Shown here piece by piece: positions 24,764 through 38,829 of a stretch of DNA of 64,000 nt. The notes under the pieces are model-generated. The model was not told the origin of the DNA, made no database searches, and was given only the letters and a program-made list of their open reading frames with translations. The translations under genes were made by a program, and so were the position numbers. The stretch's first letter is position 1, and each line of letters begins with the position of its first letter. The DNA is from the human T2T-CHM13v2.0 reference genome, Homo sapiens. The DNA is taken from assembly GCF_009914755.1 (NCBI RefSeq), contig NC_060939.1; one strand, written 5' to 3'.

Positions 24764-25725
24764 TAGGGGATGCTGGATCTGAGTTTGGAGCTCAAGGGGC
24801 AGAACATGGGGAAGAGTGCCATGTTGTAGAATTCAGAAGGGCAGCTGGTCTCCTTCAGAGGCTCATACTAGAACATGTGCACCAGGAGGTTCAGCATAAG
24901 AGCCCAGGCTGTGGAGTCAAGACTGCTGGGGTCCAAATTCTTACCCCATAGAAGCGTTGTGAGCACTGAGTGTATTTCATACACAGAAAGCATTTGGCAC
25001 AGAGCCCGGCACACAGTCAGCACTCCACAGGCATGAGCCGCCCCTCGTCGTTCTTATCACGTTCGCTTGTCAGTATTGTCACTCTGGGCACCCCCTTCCC
25101 TTGACGCATACTCCAGGGCTCCAGCATTGCTCAGAGTTTTTGGGACCTTCCTGAGAGCAGCTCTCAGTAGCAGCTTCTACCATCAGGAAATTGGTTCCAT
25201 TCTTCATGGTCAGCCCCCACCCCCAAACCGCCTTTCCTACCACGAGCAGAACAAGTGTGTTCCTGAATGATTTGGGATTATGGCTGAGGAGAGGAACCCT
25301 ATTAACAAGGGCAAAGATTGCCATCACTGAGGATAGCCCTAAGAATGCCTTGCCAGTCCTAAGCAGAATTTCATACCAGGAAATTAAAAAGGTGTGGTTT
25401 TTTTTTTAAAAGGCGACTTTATCTCAGCAGCATGGCTAGAATATGTGTGTGTCCTCCCCAGAGGACCACTCTGGAAAGGCTGGAGTCCTCTCTATGTATA
25501 AGTTGTGATTTAAAAAAAAAAACCTCCCTTCTGTGTAAATTCAGCCCCAATTCCTCATCCCAGCATTCCAACAATCAGAAATCACACCTTCTGAGAACCT
25601 ATGGAAAGATGGGATTATGGGTGCTTTTGTTTACATGGTTATACTTTTCTGTTTGCCTTTCTAGATTGTGCATTTTTTACTTTAATAATTAGGAGAAAAT
25701 TAAGCAAGCTGTTAAGAAGTTTTGA

Positions 25726-26061
<336 letters not shown>

Positions 26062-26129
26062 TTAGCACTGTCCTGGGTCCTATGGCAGTGTCGTCCAAAG
26101 TTGTATAAGCCATTATCAAAGACACATAA

Positions 26130-26525
26130 AGTAAAGTGGGATCACCCATTTGGAGAGCAATTTGGCAACAGACACCACAAGCCATAAAAATGTCCATATC
26201 CTGTGACCTAGTAATCCCGCTTCTGGGAACCTGTCCAAAGGAAATAATCCAAAGGCGGGGAAAAACTCTATGCATCAAGATGCTCATCACGGCATTATTT
26301 ATAACAATGAAACATTGGGAACAAAATAAAGGCCTAATGGTATGAGACTGGCTGAATAAATTAGGAAGCATTGATTCAATGGAATATTCTGCAGCCGTTA
26401 AAAATTATAATACCAAAATGATATGGCAGTGTGGGAAAATATTCGTGCTAAGTGAAAAAGGTGGGACATAAAGTTTTATGCATATCATGATTGTAACTGT
26501 GTAAAAATTATTTGGAAAGTACAGA
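26130..26525 (+). mobile_element. Old L1 (L1ME-like) 3' region
   Basis: tttggagagcaatttggca...tgacctagtaatcccgcttctggga...gcattatttataa...aatggaatattctgcagcc. Confidence 0.8.
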
Positions 26526-26601
26526 TGCTTCAAGACTGGAAAGTGAAGGGAGAATGGACAGGACCTAGAAGTGGGCTGGGAGGAGTCACAGAGGGCTCTT
26601 G

Positions 26602-26603
<2 letters not shown>

Positions 26604-26632
<29 letters not shown>

Positions 26633-26915
26633 GAGATGGAGTCTCGCTGTGTCGCCCAGGCGGGAGTGCAGTGGCGCAATATCTCAGCTCACTGCAACCT
26701 CCACCTCCCGGGTTCAAGCAATTCTCCTGCCTTGGCCTCCTGAGTATCTGTGATTACAGGCACCCGCCACCACACTCAGCTAATTTTTGTATTTTTAGTA
26801 GAGACGGGGGTTTCACCATGTTGGTCAGGCAGGTCTCAAACTCCTGAACTTGTGATTCGCCCACCTTGACCTCCCAAAGTGCTGGGATTATAGCAGTGAG
26901 CCACAGCGCCCGGCC
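26604..26915 (-). mobile_element. AluS, full length, inserted in an L2 remnant
   Basis: T29 tail on the + strand; 14-bp TSD ggctcttgggtttt (26594-26607 / 26916-26929). Confidence 0.97.
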
Positions 26916-27989
26916 GGCTCTTGGGTTTTGAGGGTGAGCAGCTGGGTGGGTGAAGCCTCGTTTACTGAAAGTCATGGTGGCAGAGAAGCAGATTGGGGTG
27001 GGGAGAAGACCAGTAGTTTAGCTCTACCATGTTAGGTCAAAGGTGACTGCAAGAATCCAAAAGGAGGGTCCAATGGTCAAAAAAGAGGCCTAGACCAGGA
27101 GTGGGAATTTTGGAGCCATCAGCCTGTAGATAGTGTTTAAAGCCCTAAGCATGAATGACCTCAGGCAAAGGGAGTTAGGGTGGTGGGGCTTAGCCAAGCA
27201 AGCATATTAGAATCACCTGGAGATCCCTCCAGGCCAGTGAATCATGGCCTCTGGGCTGTGGTTGGGCATCAGCATTTATTCCAAGCTCCCTGGATAATTC
27301 CAGTGAATCTAGGACTGCACTGATGGTCCCTGTGTTCCCCAGCATAGGGCCTTACATGTGGGCAGCATGACTTATAGCACATGTAAGTACCGTCCTGCTA
27401 CACTGAATGGTACAGTTGTTGGTCAGGCGCTTTCCTTAAAGTAAACATTTTCCATACCCCAAATTCTGGCACATGGCCTGAGAGAATTTTTGAGCTGCTT
27501 CTGAGTGGAAGAGGCTGTGTAGAAAATACAGTTTGGATACAGAAACATTGAAAGGATGAGGATATTTTGCTAGCTCATGGGTAGAGTGGGGGCAGAGTAT
27601 TTGAAACTGGGACAGGCACAGAAAAATCCAGAGCATAACTGAACACGGAGTTATGTTTCCTCTGATATCTTTGGTCAGCTTCTGATGGCCCCAGATAGAG
27701 GATGAGTTTCTTGAGCATGGAGGGGTGGACATGGAAGACATTACGGGACCCCTGGAGCTGTTTCACAGGGCAGGCACTTCGTAGGTGCTCAATATATCCT
27801 CCATTGACTGTGGATTGACTCGGAACCAGGAAAGGGGCAAGCCAGCTGATCAGAGCCTTCACACCCAAAGCTGGAGGGCACTACAAGAAGGAGCCTTCTC
27901 CAAACATCTTGAGTCTCCCCTGGTTTTCTCCCTGGCTCACCAAGCTCGAGATAGATATTGGGCTTTTGAAGTAGGTGGAGGGGTTAGCA

Positions 27990-28400
27990 AGGGGCCTCAA
28001 GGATTTTGTGGGCCAGGCACAGAGGGGATAGTTTGTCTCTGTTCCACCATGTCTGGGGTCTCTGCTAGGAAGACCTAAATGACTAGGGTGACATCTGAGA
28101 ATCATCTGGAAGTGCCTTCACACTCATGTTTGGTGCCTGGACTGGGATGACTTGAAGGCTGGACTGGGCTGGGACTGTTGACTGGAGCATCTACACATGG
28201 TGTCTCCACATGGCTTGAGCTTCCTCATGGCATGGCCGCCTCAGAGTAGTCAGATATTTTACATGATGACTTGGGGCTCCAGGAGCAAGTGTTCCAACAA
28301 ACAAGGAAGAATGTAAGATCCCTTATGACCTAGCCTCAGAAGTCACATAGGGTCACTTCCACACCCAGATTCCACTGGAGAGGACATGGAACCTGCCTCA
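27990..28400 (-). mobile_element. MaLR LTR (MLT1F/G/H-like)
   Basis: atcatctggaagtgccttcacactcatgtttgg...ggcttgagcttcctcatggcatggc...tatgacctagcctcagaagtcaca. Confidence 0.75.
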
Positions 28401-28427
28401 AAGTCTTTTTTGTAAAGAGCTTCTTTG

Positions 28428-28727
28428 GGCCAGGCACGGTGGCTCATGCCTGTGATCCCAACGCTTCAGGAGACCGAGGTGGCAGGATCTCTTGAAGCCA
28501 GGAGTTTGAGACCAGCCTGGGTGACATAGCGAGAACCCATCTCTACAAAAAATTTAAAAATCAGCCAGGTGCAGTGATGCGTGCTTGTGGTCCCAGCTAC
28601 TTGGGACGCTGAGGTGAGAGGATTGCTTGAGCCCAGAAATTTGAGGTTGCAGTGAGCTAAGATTGTGTTACTACACTCCAGCCTGGGTGACAGAGTGAGA
28701 CCCTATCTCAAAAAAAAAAAAAAAAAA
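28428..28727 (+). mobile_element. AluJ, full length
   Basis: Dimeric Alu with J-type features (ggattgcttgagccca; gtgagaccctatctc) and poly(A). Confidence 0.93.
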
Positions 28728-31700
28728 GATGCCCTCTTAGCTCTCATTTTTCACTCCTTTCTAAGAGAGGTCAGACCAGGACTCCAGGAACAGATGCCAT
28801 GTGACAAGACCCCAGGGCCTTTATCATCTTCTGGTCAAAATCACATGCCCTTGGGCATAGCACCTCATGAAACAGGGCCTTGGGAGTGAATGGGAGTGAG
28901 GGGGTCTACATGGGCTCAGCTGCAGCTGCCAGACCACAGCTTTGCAGAGGCGTATGTCCTTTGACACTGGTGAAATGCCACCAACGTGAAAGAACATATC
29001 CCACCTTTCCTGCTACCTACCTCTGGGGCAAGGTTTCCTTCCCTTGCACTTAGGCAACCCAAACCAGACATGGGGGGCCTGAGCACGGCCACTGCAGGCC
29101 CACAGGCATCCTTTGTGAAGAGCTAGGCAGGGGCCCAGGGTGGCATGATCAGGGCTTGGCCTCCTGTGGCTGGCTGCGCATGGCCAGCCCAGACCCGAAC
29201 ATTGGTGGTTACAGTTTCCAGGCCTCCTGGGAGAAAAGCCAGCAAGGCAAGTTCTCCCTCCCCCACACTGTGGTCCCCTGGAGGACTTCGGCCTGAAGGA
29301 CAACTCCCCTGGCCAGGCCAGGCAGCCCAAGCTGACCCACTGACTGGCTGGGAGCCCAGCCCTCTCCCTCAGGGAGCCCCCATCCACTTCCTGGTATTGC
29401 TCTGTGTGAGTGTGCACGCGTGCGTGTGTGTGTGTTGGGGGACATTCTGTTTTTCAAGGACTTGGCTCTGTGCAGTGAAGGGATCTGTTGGAGAATGATG
29501 AGAGACCTGTGGGTCAGGGAACATACTCCCCTCTGCTTCCCAGTTCCTCCTCTCCTAGGGAGGGAACTCCCCATGAACAAGCATTCCTGCATCCTGAATG
29601 GTTGGAGCCTCATGGCTTTGTTCTCCACCCCTCCCCTGCCCAGACTCCCGAATGCCCTTTCTCAGGCTTCCCACAGCTGGCTTTGAAGAGTTATGGGGCT
29701 CCAGGAGGGGAGTTGAAATTCCGCACTCTCATCCTCAGCATCATCATTCCCTTCCACTGTGTTTGCTATTTCAGCCTCCATCCATCCGTTCAACAAGTGC
29801 TTACCAAAACTCCCACTGGGTACTAGGAAGAGAGAGAGAGGAGACAGAAAGAGAATGAACACTCAAACTCAGACCCTATCCTCAAGGTGCAGCAGAGAGG
29901 AAATCAACTTGGAATTAGAAGCCACATGACTGGAGAAATGCTGAGGCCAGGGCCCCCGGGTGCCTGCACGGTGCACTGGGTTCCAGGAAGGAAGGAGCAG
30001 CATTGGAACTGGGCCTCCAGGGATGGTTGGGATTTGGGTTAGGCAGATACGCAGGGAGAGGGAAAAGGATTGCAGGTGACAAGAGCAACATGAGCATGGG
30101 GCATTGTGGTGGTGGTGGTTGGGGGGATGGTCACCTGAAAGGGACACATTTGCTGTCAAGAGAATTTGTCCTGCCCCATTCATTGTTCCCTGTCTGAGCG
30201 TTATCTAGCAAAGGAGAAGAGGATCTGGTGAACTGAGTCACACCAGGCTGTTAGTGACCATCTTATTTCTCCCAGCAGGGCCTGTATTTAAGAAGAGGGC
30301 TGTGGCTGTGCAGGCTTTGGGGCAGGGCATCAGTTTGTGGTCCACATCAAGCATCTAGGTGTGAGGAATTGAGCCTCTGTCCCAGACTTGGGTGGAGAGG
30401 AAAAGGAAGGGAAATGTCTGAGCTCCAGGGCAGGGGCCTTCCCTCCCGAATCCACATCTCTTTTGGAGTTGGGGGAGTAAATGGGGTTTTCATCTCCTCT
30501 TTGCTGCTGGTCTCCCAGCTCCTTCCACTGCCAGGCCTGAGCCCGCTGTCCCCTCCCCACTGCTCCCTCACTGCCATTCTTCTTCCAGGACATCCTGTGA
30601 CTTAACCAAAGGCATGAAAGCTACTGATGGAAGGCCGTTGCTCTGGCTCTCCAGGGGTGAGCTGGGGTCAGCCCATGCCCTGGGACTGGAGGGCTGTACA
30701 GCAGCCTGTGAGCCGCGTCACTGACTGTGATGGCAGGCAGGGTGGGCTGGGGTAGGGGAGCACGAAGCGGTCTGGTTCAGTACACTAGCTTGACCTGGAA
30801 TCCGCATGAATCATCCACATTGGCCAGCTAGCCCATCCCCAGGGGACCCTGTAATTGCGCAACCAGCCTCTCCCCTCTACCCACCCTCCTTCTCTTGATA
30901 AAACCTGGCCAGAAACTCAGGCATAGAGAGAAAATGGATGCGGTGACAATTCCATGTGTTATTCAGAATTAACTAGGTGAATATCGCTGAGCTCCTCTTA
31001 GGTAGTAGGCATTGAACGATGCAGAGATCTCGGGGAAATGGGCCTTATCCTCAGGGACCCTGCAGCCCTCTGGTTCCAGTGTCAGCAGCCCTCACTAAAT
31101 GTCAATGGATGCGCCCAGAAGAGGAGCTAGGACTTCATAGGACGAGACAGGTTCTCTAGCGCCTCGCCTCGTTTACAAAGCAAATGGTTGAACCACTCCC
31201 TGCCCTGAAGTGCTGCACTTGCCTCAAGGCCTAGTGAAGGGCTGGGGGCTGGCTTGGGCCCTGCATGCATCCTTTTCCTGTATACCCCCCAATTTAACAT
31301 CTAAGACCCCTTGCTGCCTGGCCCCAGGCTTGTCTTCCTCCCTGATCTCCAGACCCCCTTGTTCCAGGAACAACAGACCCCTTGCTCTTTCGCTCACATC
31401 CCCTCCCTCATACATCCTCTCTCCCCTCCTGTTCTCCCATCCTTCCATCACAAAGCCCCTCCTCCAGCATCCTGCGCGTTTAAATTTGTAGAAACCTAGT
31501 CCCAGACTAGATCCTATGTCTGCTTCTATACCTGAGTATATGTTACTCCCAAGGCATTGATGTGTTGATTTCACTTATTAAAATGGCTTCTCACCTTGCA
31601 GAGTAGGGTACCTCTGAGGCCCAGTCAAATAATTTCTGTTTCTGTGAGGCAGGTTTGGGAGGCCAATAGGGCATCAGGCCAGTCCAGAATATTCACATAG

Positions 31701-32099
31701 AGAAACAGAGCATCAGCGTGGAAATGAACCTTAGACACTTCACTGTCCCTTGACTCCCACTCACAAAGATGTGAACTAACACCCAGAACTGATGGCAGGT
31801 AGCACCTTCCATTCCACACCCTCGACGCAGCCAAGGAAAGAATCCCAGGGGGAAAATGAAAGAAGTACTCTGTACAAAGCTTTGTTTGTGTTAGCAAAAC
31901 AATTGGGAAACATTTCACGTACTGAACAACAGCTAAGCTAATCCAACCTCAGTTCATCAAGATGAGAAAATGCGCCCCACCACTGAGCCACTGAGCATGA
32001 CTCGTGGGAACCAGTTCTCTATATGTACACGCATGTTGGAGATGATGGAAAAGAAGAATGCAGAGTCTGGAGTAACACGCTCCATGATTCTCTTGTTCC

Positions 32100-32961
<862 letters not shown>

Positions 32962-34899
32962 TCAACTTTCTACTTTCAAGAAGCATCCCTGAACGAGAAA
33001 TGTGTCCACACTGCTCATTGTTTATCGGAGTAGATTCCCAGGAATAGATAAAATGAGACAAAACAAATGAGGATCTTAGAAGCTCTGGATGCAGATGCAT
33101 GTACACATTGAAAGGGTCTAAAAGTAAATATGTGAATATGGAAGGATAAAGATGGGCACTATACTTATTAAGCTCTTATTTTCTGTGGCATTCTTTGTGT
33201 ATAGGCTTTGAAATGATGATCGTAAGGACAAATCAGTAGTGAATGACTGCATTTATGTGTGAGAGGAGGTGTGCGTGAGAAGGGGCAGAGAAAGGAGAGA
33301 CAGAGAAAAGGAGAATGAGAAATGTCCAACACTGCAGAGGAGTCCTGGAATACTGGAATGGGTGATGTGGAAGTGAGTGCTCTGAGGTCTGGGGTACAGC
33401 AGGAAAACTGAGAGCTGTTGGGTTGACAGGAGGTTGTTTGGTAAGATTTTTCATACCCTTGAGTTCCAGGGAGATGGCTGTTCAGCAGTTGGAGCACAAA
33501 GTCTAGAAAGAGCACTGAACTGGATGGGGCCAGGCAATCTGAGTTCACACCTTGGTCTGCTGATGATAACTTGCTCTCTAACTGACCATGAGCTCGTGAC
33601 TTCACATGAAGAAACTCATGATCCTCACGCCGCAGTCTCCTCCTCTGCAAATGAGGGAATGGGGCAGGAAGATCTTTAGGATTCCACCAGCTCTGCAAAT
33701 CTGTAGCTTGGGAGTTCCCAGCAGTTGGGGAGAGAAAGGTGACAGTATCTGGTTTGTAACTGACCCCAGCTCCCTTGCTCCTTGTGGCTCATTTTTCCTT
33801 AGGGCCTGGAACAACTTTCTGGAGTTCCTTTCCCAGGTCCAGGACATCAGAGCCATTCACTCCTATGGGACTGCACAGGGAATCAGTACAGCCAGGTTCA
33901 GGATGACATGGGACTCCCCTCTCTCACTTCACCAAAACTCCTGATGGCCCTTCAGAGAAACCTGCTGCTTTCTGTCTTTCTGGAGAGGTCCAGAAGAGGC
34001 ATGTAATGGAAGCAGCCTTTAGTCTTACATCCAGCTTACACCCAGTTGGCCAACACTTTATCGCATGACCACATACTAGGTTGCAAAGGCACCTGGGAAA
34101 TGTAGTTTTTTTCCTGATAAAAACTGAGACTATTACTATGAGAGAGAATAGAAGAACAGAATCCAGAATAGAAGAACGGGAAATGAGCAATTTCTGCAAA
34201 AAACAAATCTTCAAACCCAGAGCTTCAGGGCTTCAAAAATCCGTGTGATGGTAGAAGCGGCATATTAAAATGGCTTATCAAATTAGGGTTCATCAAAATA
34301 GATTGAACCTGACTTCTTCCCCATTTCAACCCTCTCAGAACTTCCCTTCTTTCTCTCTATGTGGCAAAGCTTGAAGGACCAGTCTTCAGTCCCCTGGTGG
34401 CTGGCAAGGTTCTCCCTGAAGGATTGAGAACAGATTTGGAATTGCAAGCACTTCCTTGGCTTGTTAAGAACCAATGACGCACAATGCCATGGACTTTTAT
34501 TTTAATATACAACCAGAAGCTGCTTACAGATATCCTCCTGAATTAAACAGGGGTTATCAAACCATTGCATTTGTAAACCTAAATTAGCACATCGCTAAGA
34601 GTTTTTCAGGGCCTTGAAATCAATATTCTACTAAGAGGTCTGGCATCTTTGCAGTCCTTGGCAAAGCTCCTACTGTGTATACCTGTATAGATGGCTGAAA
34701 CTCCTGAAAGTCTTAGTAAGAACACTTTGTTCTCATTGTCATCTTGACTTAGCTCCAGTGTCCAACTGCTGCTATTTTTGCTTTTCAATTATAAATTGCT
34801 GTGAGTTTAGCTTCCTTATTATAGATTTAGTTTGTTGTGGGTTGTTCAGTTAGCCACCAGTGTGTGGTACCTATCTGTATATTTGAAGCCCATAATTTT

Positions 34900-35100
34900 T
34901 CAATCATCACCGTGCCTTAAAGGTGTCATCAGTGGACCACCTGCATTGGAATCTCTTGGGTGCTTGTTAAAATGCGGATTCTTGGGTTCTCACACAGACC
35001 TCCCGAATCAGAATCTCTGGGAGTGGTCCCTAGAATATATGTCTCTGTGCCAGGGAGAACCTGTGAACACATCTTAATGTGTTATCAGGGTGGTTCAGAA
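34900..35100. mobile_element. MER5-like hAT element
   Basis: gcattggaatctcttgggtgcttgttaaaatgcggattcttggg...gaatcagaatctctggg. Confidence 0.75.
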
Positions 35101-36393
35101 ACAAATCATCCAGATCTTTATTGTTAAATGAGTTACATGTAAGTCCCCAATTCTGCTTCTATAGAGATAGTTGCAAGTGGATTTGTTCTATTTAAATATA
35201 TTGCAAAAGGAAGGTGCCGTATTATCACATAAAATTGTGCATCGCTTCTTTTACGAAGTACCTGGGAGGTGATTCATAATGTCCCTCTCTTATTCTTCTT
35301 TATTGTTTTCCCTCTAATGCATGAGTTTGGGTAGATGAGGAGCCTCCGGGCCAGCCAAGATTAGAAACCACCATTAAGACACAAAGGAGCATACCAGACC
35401 CTGCCAAGTCAGTAACTTGCTGGAGAAACTATTTTAAAGAAAAGACATGGGGACTAAGACAAGGAGAGCTCCTGAATGACTTTAGAGGGTCATGAGAGGA
35501 AAGCCCCGGAGCCCTCACGGTCAAGGATGTGTCTGGAGGCTGTGCTGGAAAGTGCCTGGGAGGATTTCAGGACTCCCGGGAGCCCTCTGGGGAAGCGGCT
35601 TCCTTTCCGTTCCTGCCTTGTGTGCTGGGGGAGGGGCTGGTTCCAGGGCTGCAGCGGGCCCTTTATCCGCTCCTCTCAGCTCTGACTGGAGCGCTTTGTG
35701 TCCTGACTGTGCCCCTCACAGCCTCTTAGTGACGGGCCTGTTGTCCAAGATGGTCCCGAGGCTGGTCCGGGCCTGCGCCCATGTATTATGCAGCAGCAGC
35801 TGGGACAAAGCTCCTGTGTGTGGAAGTCGGGTGGGGTGGGGGCTTGCTCCCCACAGAGTCCTGTTTACCAGGCACTGGGATGTGAGAGGGTGGGATGGTG
35901 GGGATGCTGTGTACAGGAGCTGGGCTTCTCAATGCTGCCTCTGAGAGGAGAGAGGTGAGGGCATTGTGGGTGCCACAGCAGGCTTTCCTGGCTGAAGCAG
36001 GAGTAATGGCTTAGTTCAGGTTCAGGACAGCCAGAGAAATGATCCTCCACCTCCCAGGGCTCCTAGGCCGGCTCAGGATGCACTGCTTGGTCATTAACTG
36101 GGTCTCTCTGACTAACCGTGACCCCAGTTAGTTAGTAATTCCCTAGGGCACCCATGAGACAGGACTAATGTCATCCTTTCTAATCAAAGTGGACAGAGAA
36201 TCAGTCATTTTCCCTGGACCAGGACTCTTGAGGGGTGCTGCCAGGTCTTGCTCCTCTCTGTGTAACCCGGGGGGCCTGGTGTAGGGCAATCACACAGTGG
36301 ATGTTTGTGAGATGCAAAAGGGTTTTCAAATATTTGTGATGTTTCCATTCCTGAGCCATTGGCTGTGGCTTAGGCTTAGATGAGAAGCAGAAG

Positions 36394-36776
36394 TGCTATG
36401 GTTGAAAAATGTTTGTGTTCTTCCAAAATCCATGTTGAAATCTTAACCCCTAAAGTTATTAAGAGGTGGAGCCCTTGGGGTGATTGGTCATTAACCAGTC
36501 ACCTTTATGATAAATCATGAAGATTAAGGCCTCATGAATGGGATTAGTTCACTTATAAAAGAGACCCCTGAGAGGCCCTTGTGTCTTCCACCATGTGAGG
36601 ATGCAGCTAGAAGGCCCATCAGTGAATCAGAAAGTGGGCCATCACCAGACACCAAATCCGTCAGTGCCCTGGTCTTGGACTTCCCAACCTCCAGAGCCAT
36701 GAGAAATAAATTTATGTTGTTCATAAGCCACTCAGTTTATGGTATTTTGCTACAGAAGCCTGAAAGGACTGAGACA
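36394..36776 (+). mobile_element. MaLR solo LTR (MLT1A-like)
   Basis: tgctatggttgaa...ggactgagaca; TSD agaag/agaaa; internal AATAAA. Confidence 0.9.
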
Positions 36777-37399
36777 AGAAAGAAGATCATAGCCTTCCTT
36801 CCTAGATGCTTACTGCTTGATAGAGACATAAACTTTGCCCAGATGAGCAGGGTGGAGGAGGCTGCCGTTTATAGAACACCTACTGTGCGCCAGACCTGCT
36901 GGGTGGTTTACATGCAGCGGCTCGCTCCCTCCTCCCAGCAACCCTGTCCAACATGAAGCCTTTTCTCTGTTCTGTGATGGAAGAACCCAGCTCAGACTGG
37001 TTAAGTAATTGCCCAAGGACTGACTCTACGGCCTGTGCTTTTGTAGTAAACAGTATAATGATGGGCATAATTGGGTTGCTGTCGGGGATATGGCTAATCA
37101 GAATTATCACTGGAGCCTTCTCATAATAATACCCCTGCCTCTTCCCCATCACCTCAGATGCACTTATTCGGGGGAAAAAGGGTTAAGAATCTTGGGCAGG
37201 AAATGTATAGCTTTAAAAAGCTCTCTGGTCATCCTAGTTTCTTCTCAGAAAAGTATTTAGCATTATTTTTAGTCTTATTTATAGATTTTGGAACTTTACT
37301 ATGACTCCAACAGAAGGGGAAGGTCTTGCTCAAGGTCACCCAGCCCCCACCAAGGTCTCTTGCTGCCCGGCCTGCTGGCTTTACTGCCATGCTCCACTC

Positions 37400-37511
37400 C
37401 CTTAAAAGCAGGCAGCTGCCCTGGATCCAGATTCAAACCGCCTGCTGGGTGCCGTGGGCCATTGTGCAAGTCTTCCAGGCCGCGGTCGAATGATTCTGAC
37501 AAGCGGTGAGT
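37400..37511 (+). promoter_or_regulatory. CORO2B: Candidate alternative promoter and short non-coding first exon (donor GCG|GTGAGT at 37505/37506)
   Basis: Local CpG cluster (37440-37640), TATA-like TTAAAAG at 37403, strong donor, E-box CACGTG at 37634. Consistent with my recollection that CORO2B has alternative 5' exons in intron 1. Confidence 0.6.
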
Positions 37512-38466
37512 ACGGCTGTGTCAGCGCGTGGGCCCCAGCGCAAGCAGGCAATCCCATGTCATCTGCGAGATCTCCCATGGGCGAGGGCTAGCGTTATCAA
37601 GGGCCCCGAGAGCTGGGTCTTGCCTCTTGGGTGCACGTGGTCTCATGGGGGAGACAGACAGGTGTGTGCAGAGGATGGCACAGTGTGCCAAACTGGATTT
37701 GGTTCTGGAACCAAACACACACAGCCAGATTAATTCCAACTGCATGGATCTGAGAAGCCTTGCAGAATTGGAGTTTTGTTTTATTTGGAAGACATGCCTG
37801 AGGATAAAACAAAGGGTTTCAAAGGAAGAAGGGAAAGGAAGGAACTAAAGTTTACAAACACTAGGTATTTAACTTGCCTTGTCTCATTGAATTTTCCCAA
37901 GAACCAGGTATATGGAGAGTAGTAACCCTGGTTACCAGATGAGGAAGCAGGGCTCTGAGGGGTCAAAAAAATGGTCCAGGTGTTGTTGGGACTGAGACAG
38001 AGCCAGGTCTGTCAGCCTTCAAGCCCGTGCTTTCCAACAACATTGGCTTTCGTGGGCTCCAGGGAATGGGATGAGTCATATCCTGACACTGGTGGCTGTG
38101 GGGAGTGGGGGCTGGGGATGGGTGGGAAGCCAGAGGCAATGAGGAGGAGACAGGTGCATCAGCCACTGTGGCCTGTGGCCTCTTGTCTCTGCAGATCTTG
38201 GAGCTAGGCTCACACCACTTTTCACTCTTCTGTGTTTTTCAAGCACTTTTCTGTTTAATGTATCCTTTGTCCTCCCTTCACTGGTAGTCTGGGAACCAAA
38301 GGACTTGGTTCTAGTCCCAGTTGTGCTACTCACCAGCTGTGTGACCTTGAGCAGGTCACTTGCCCATACTGGACCTCCACATTCCCACCTATAAAATGAA
38401 GGGTAGTGTGCGTGTGTGTATGTGTGTGTCTGTGACTATATATGTGTGGTTGGGTGTGTGTGTGTA

Positions 38467-38607
38467 TGCACATGTTCATTCTCAGCAAACTCAGTGTGAA
38501 TAGTAGGACCAGATAAACTCTAGGTCTTTCCTTGCTGTGTTCTCTCCCTTTTGGGTGGGCAATGCTGGCATCATCACTCTCATTTTATAGAAGATGAAAG
38601 TGGAGTC
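38467..38607 (+). repeat. 141-bp local duplication, copy 1
   Basis: Matches 40657-40797 with 4 substitutions. Confidence 0.95.
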
Positions 38608-38829
38608 TTAAGAGGGAGTCCTGGGTAAGCAGGGACTAAGCCATACTATGCTCTTCCACTCACTTCTAACAACCTCAACTTGAAATCCCCAGTGGGTGGT
38701 TGTCGTCCCAGTGGGTGAGCCCTGTGCCTGAATGGGGCCCTTAGAGATTGTGGCTGAATGTGGGGGTTTGCATTTGAATCTTAGGCTACTGGAATGCCCT
38801 AGTAACATGCCATTCTGGATTACTAGATT

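Noticed and set aside
35760-35770. GGCTGGTCCG resembling a Y RNA 5' end
   Set aside because: The match stops after 10 nt; no complementary 3' stem or terminator.
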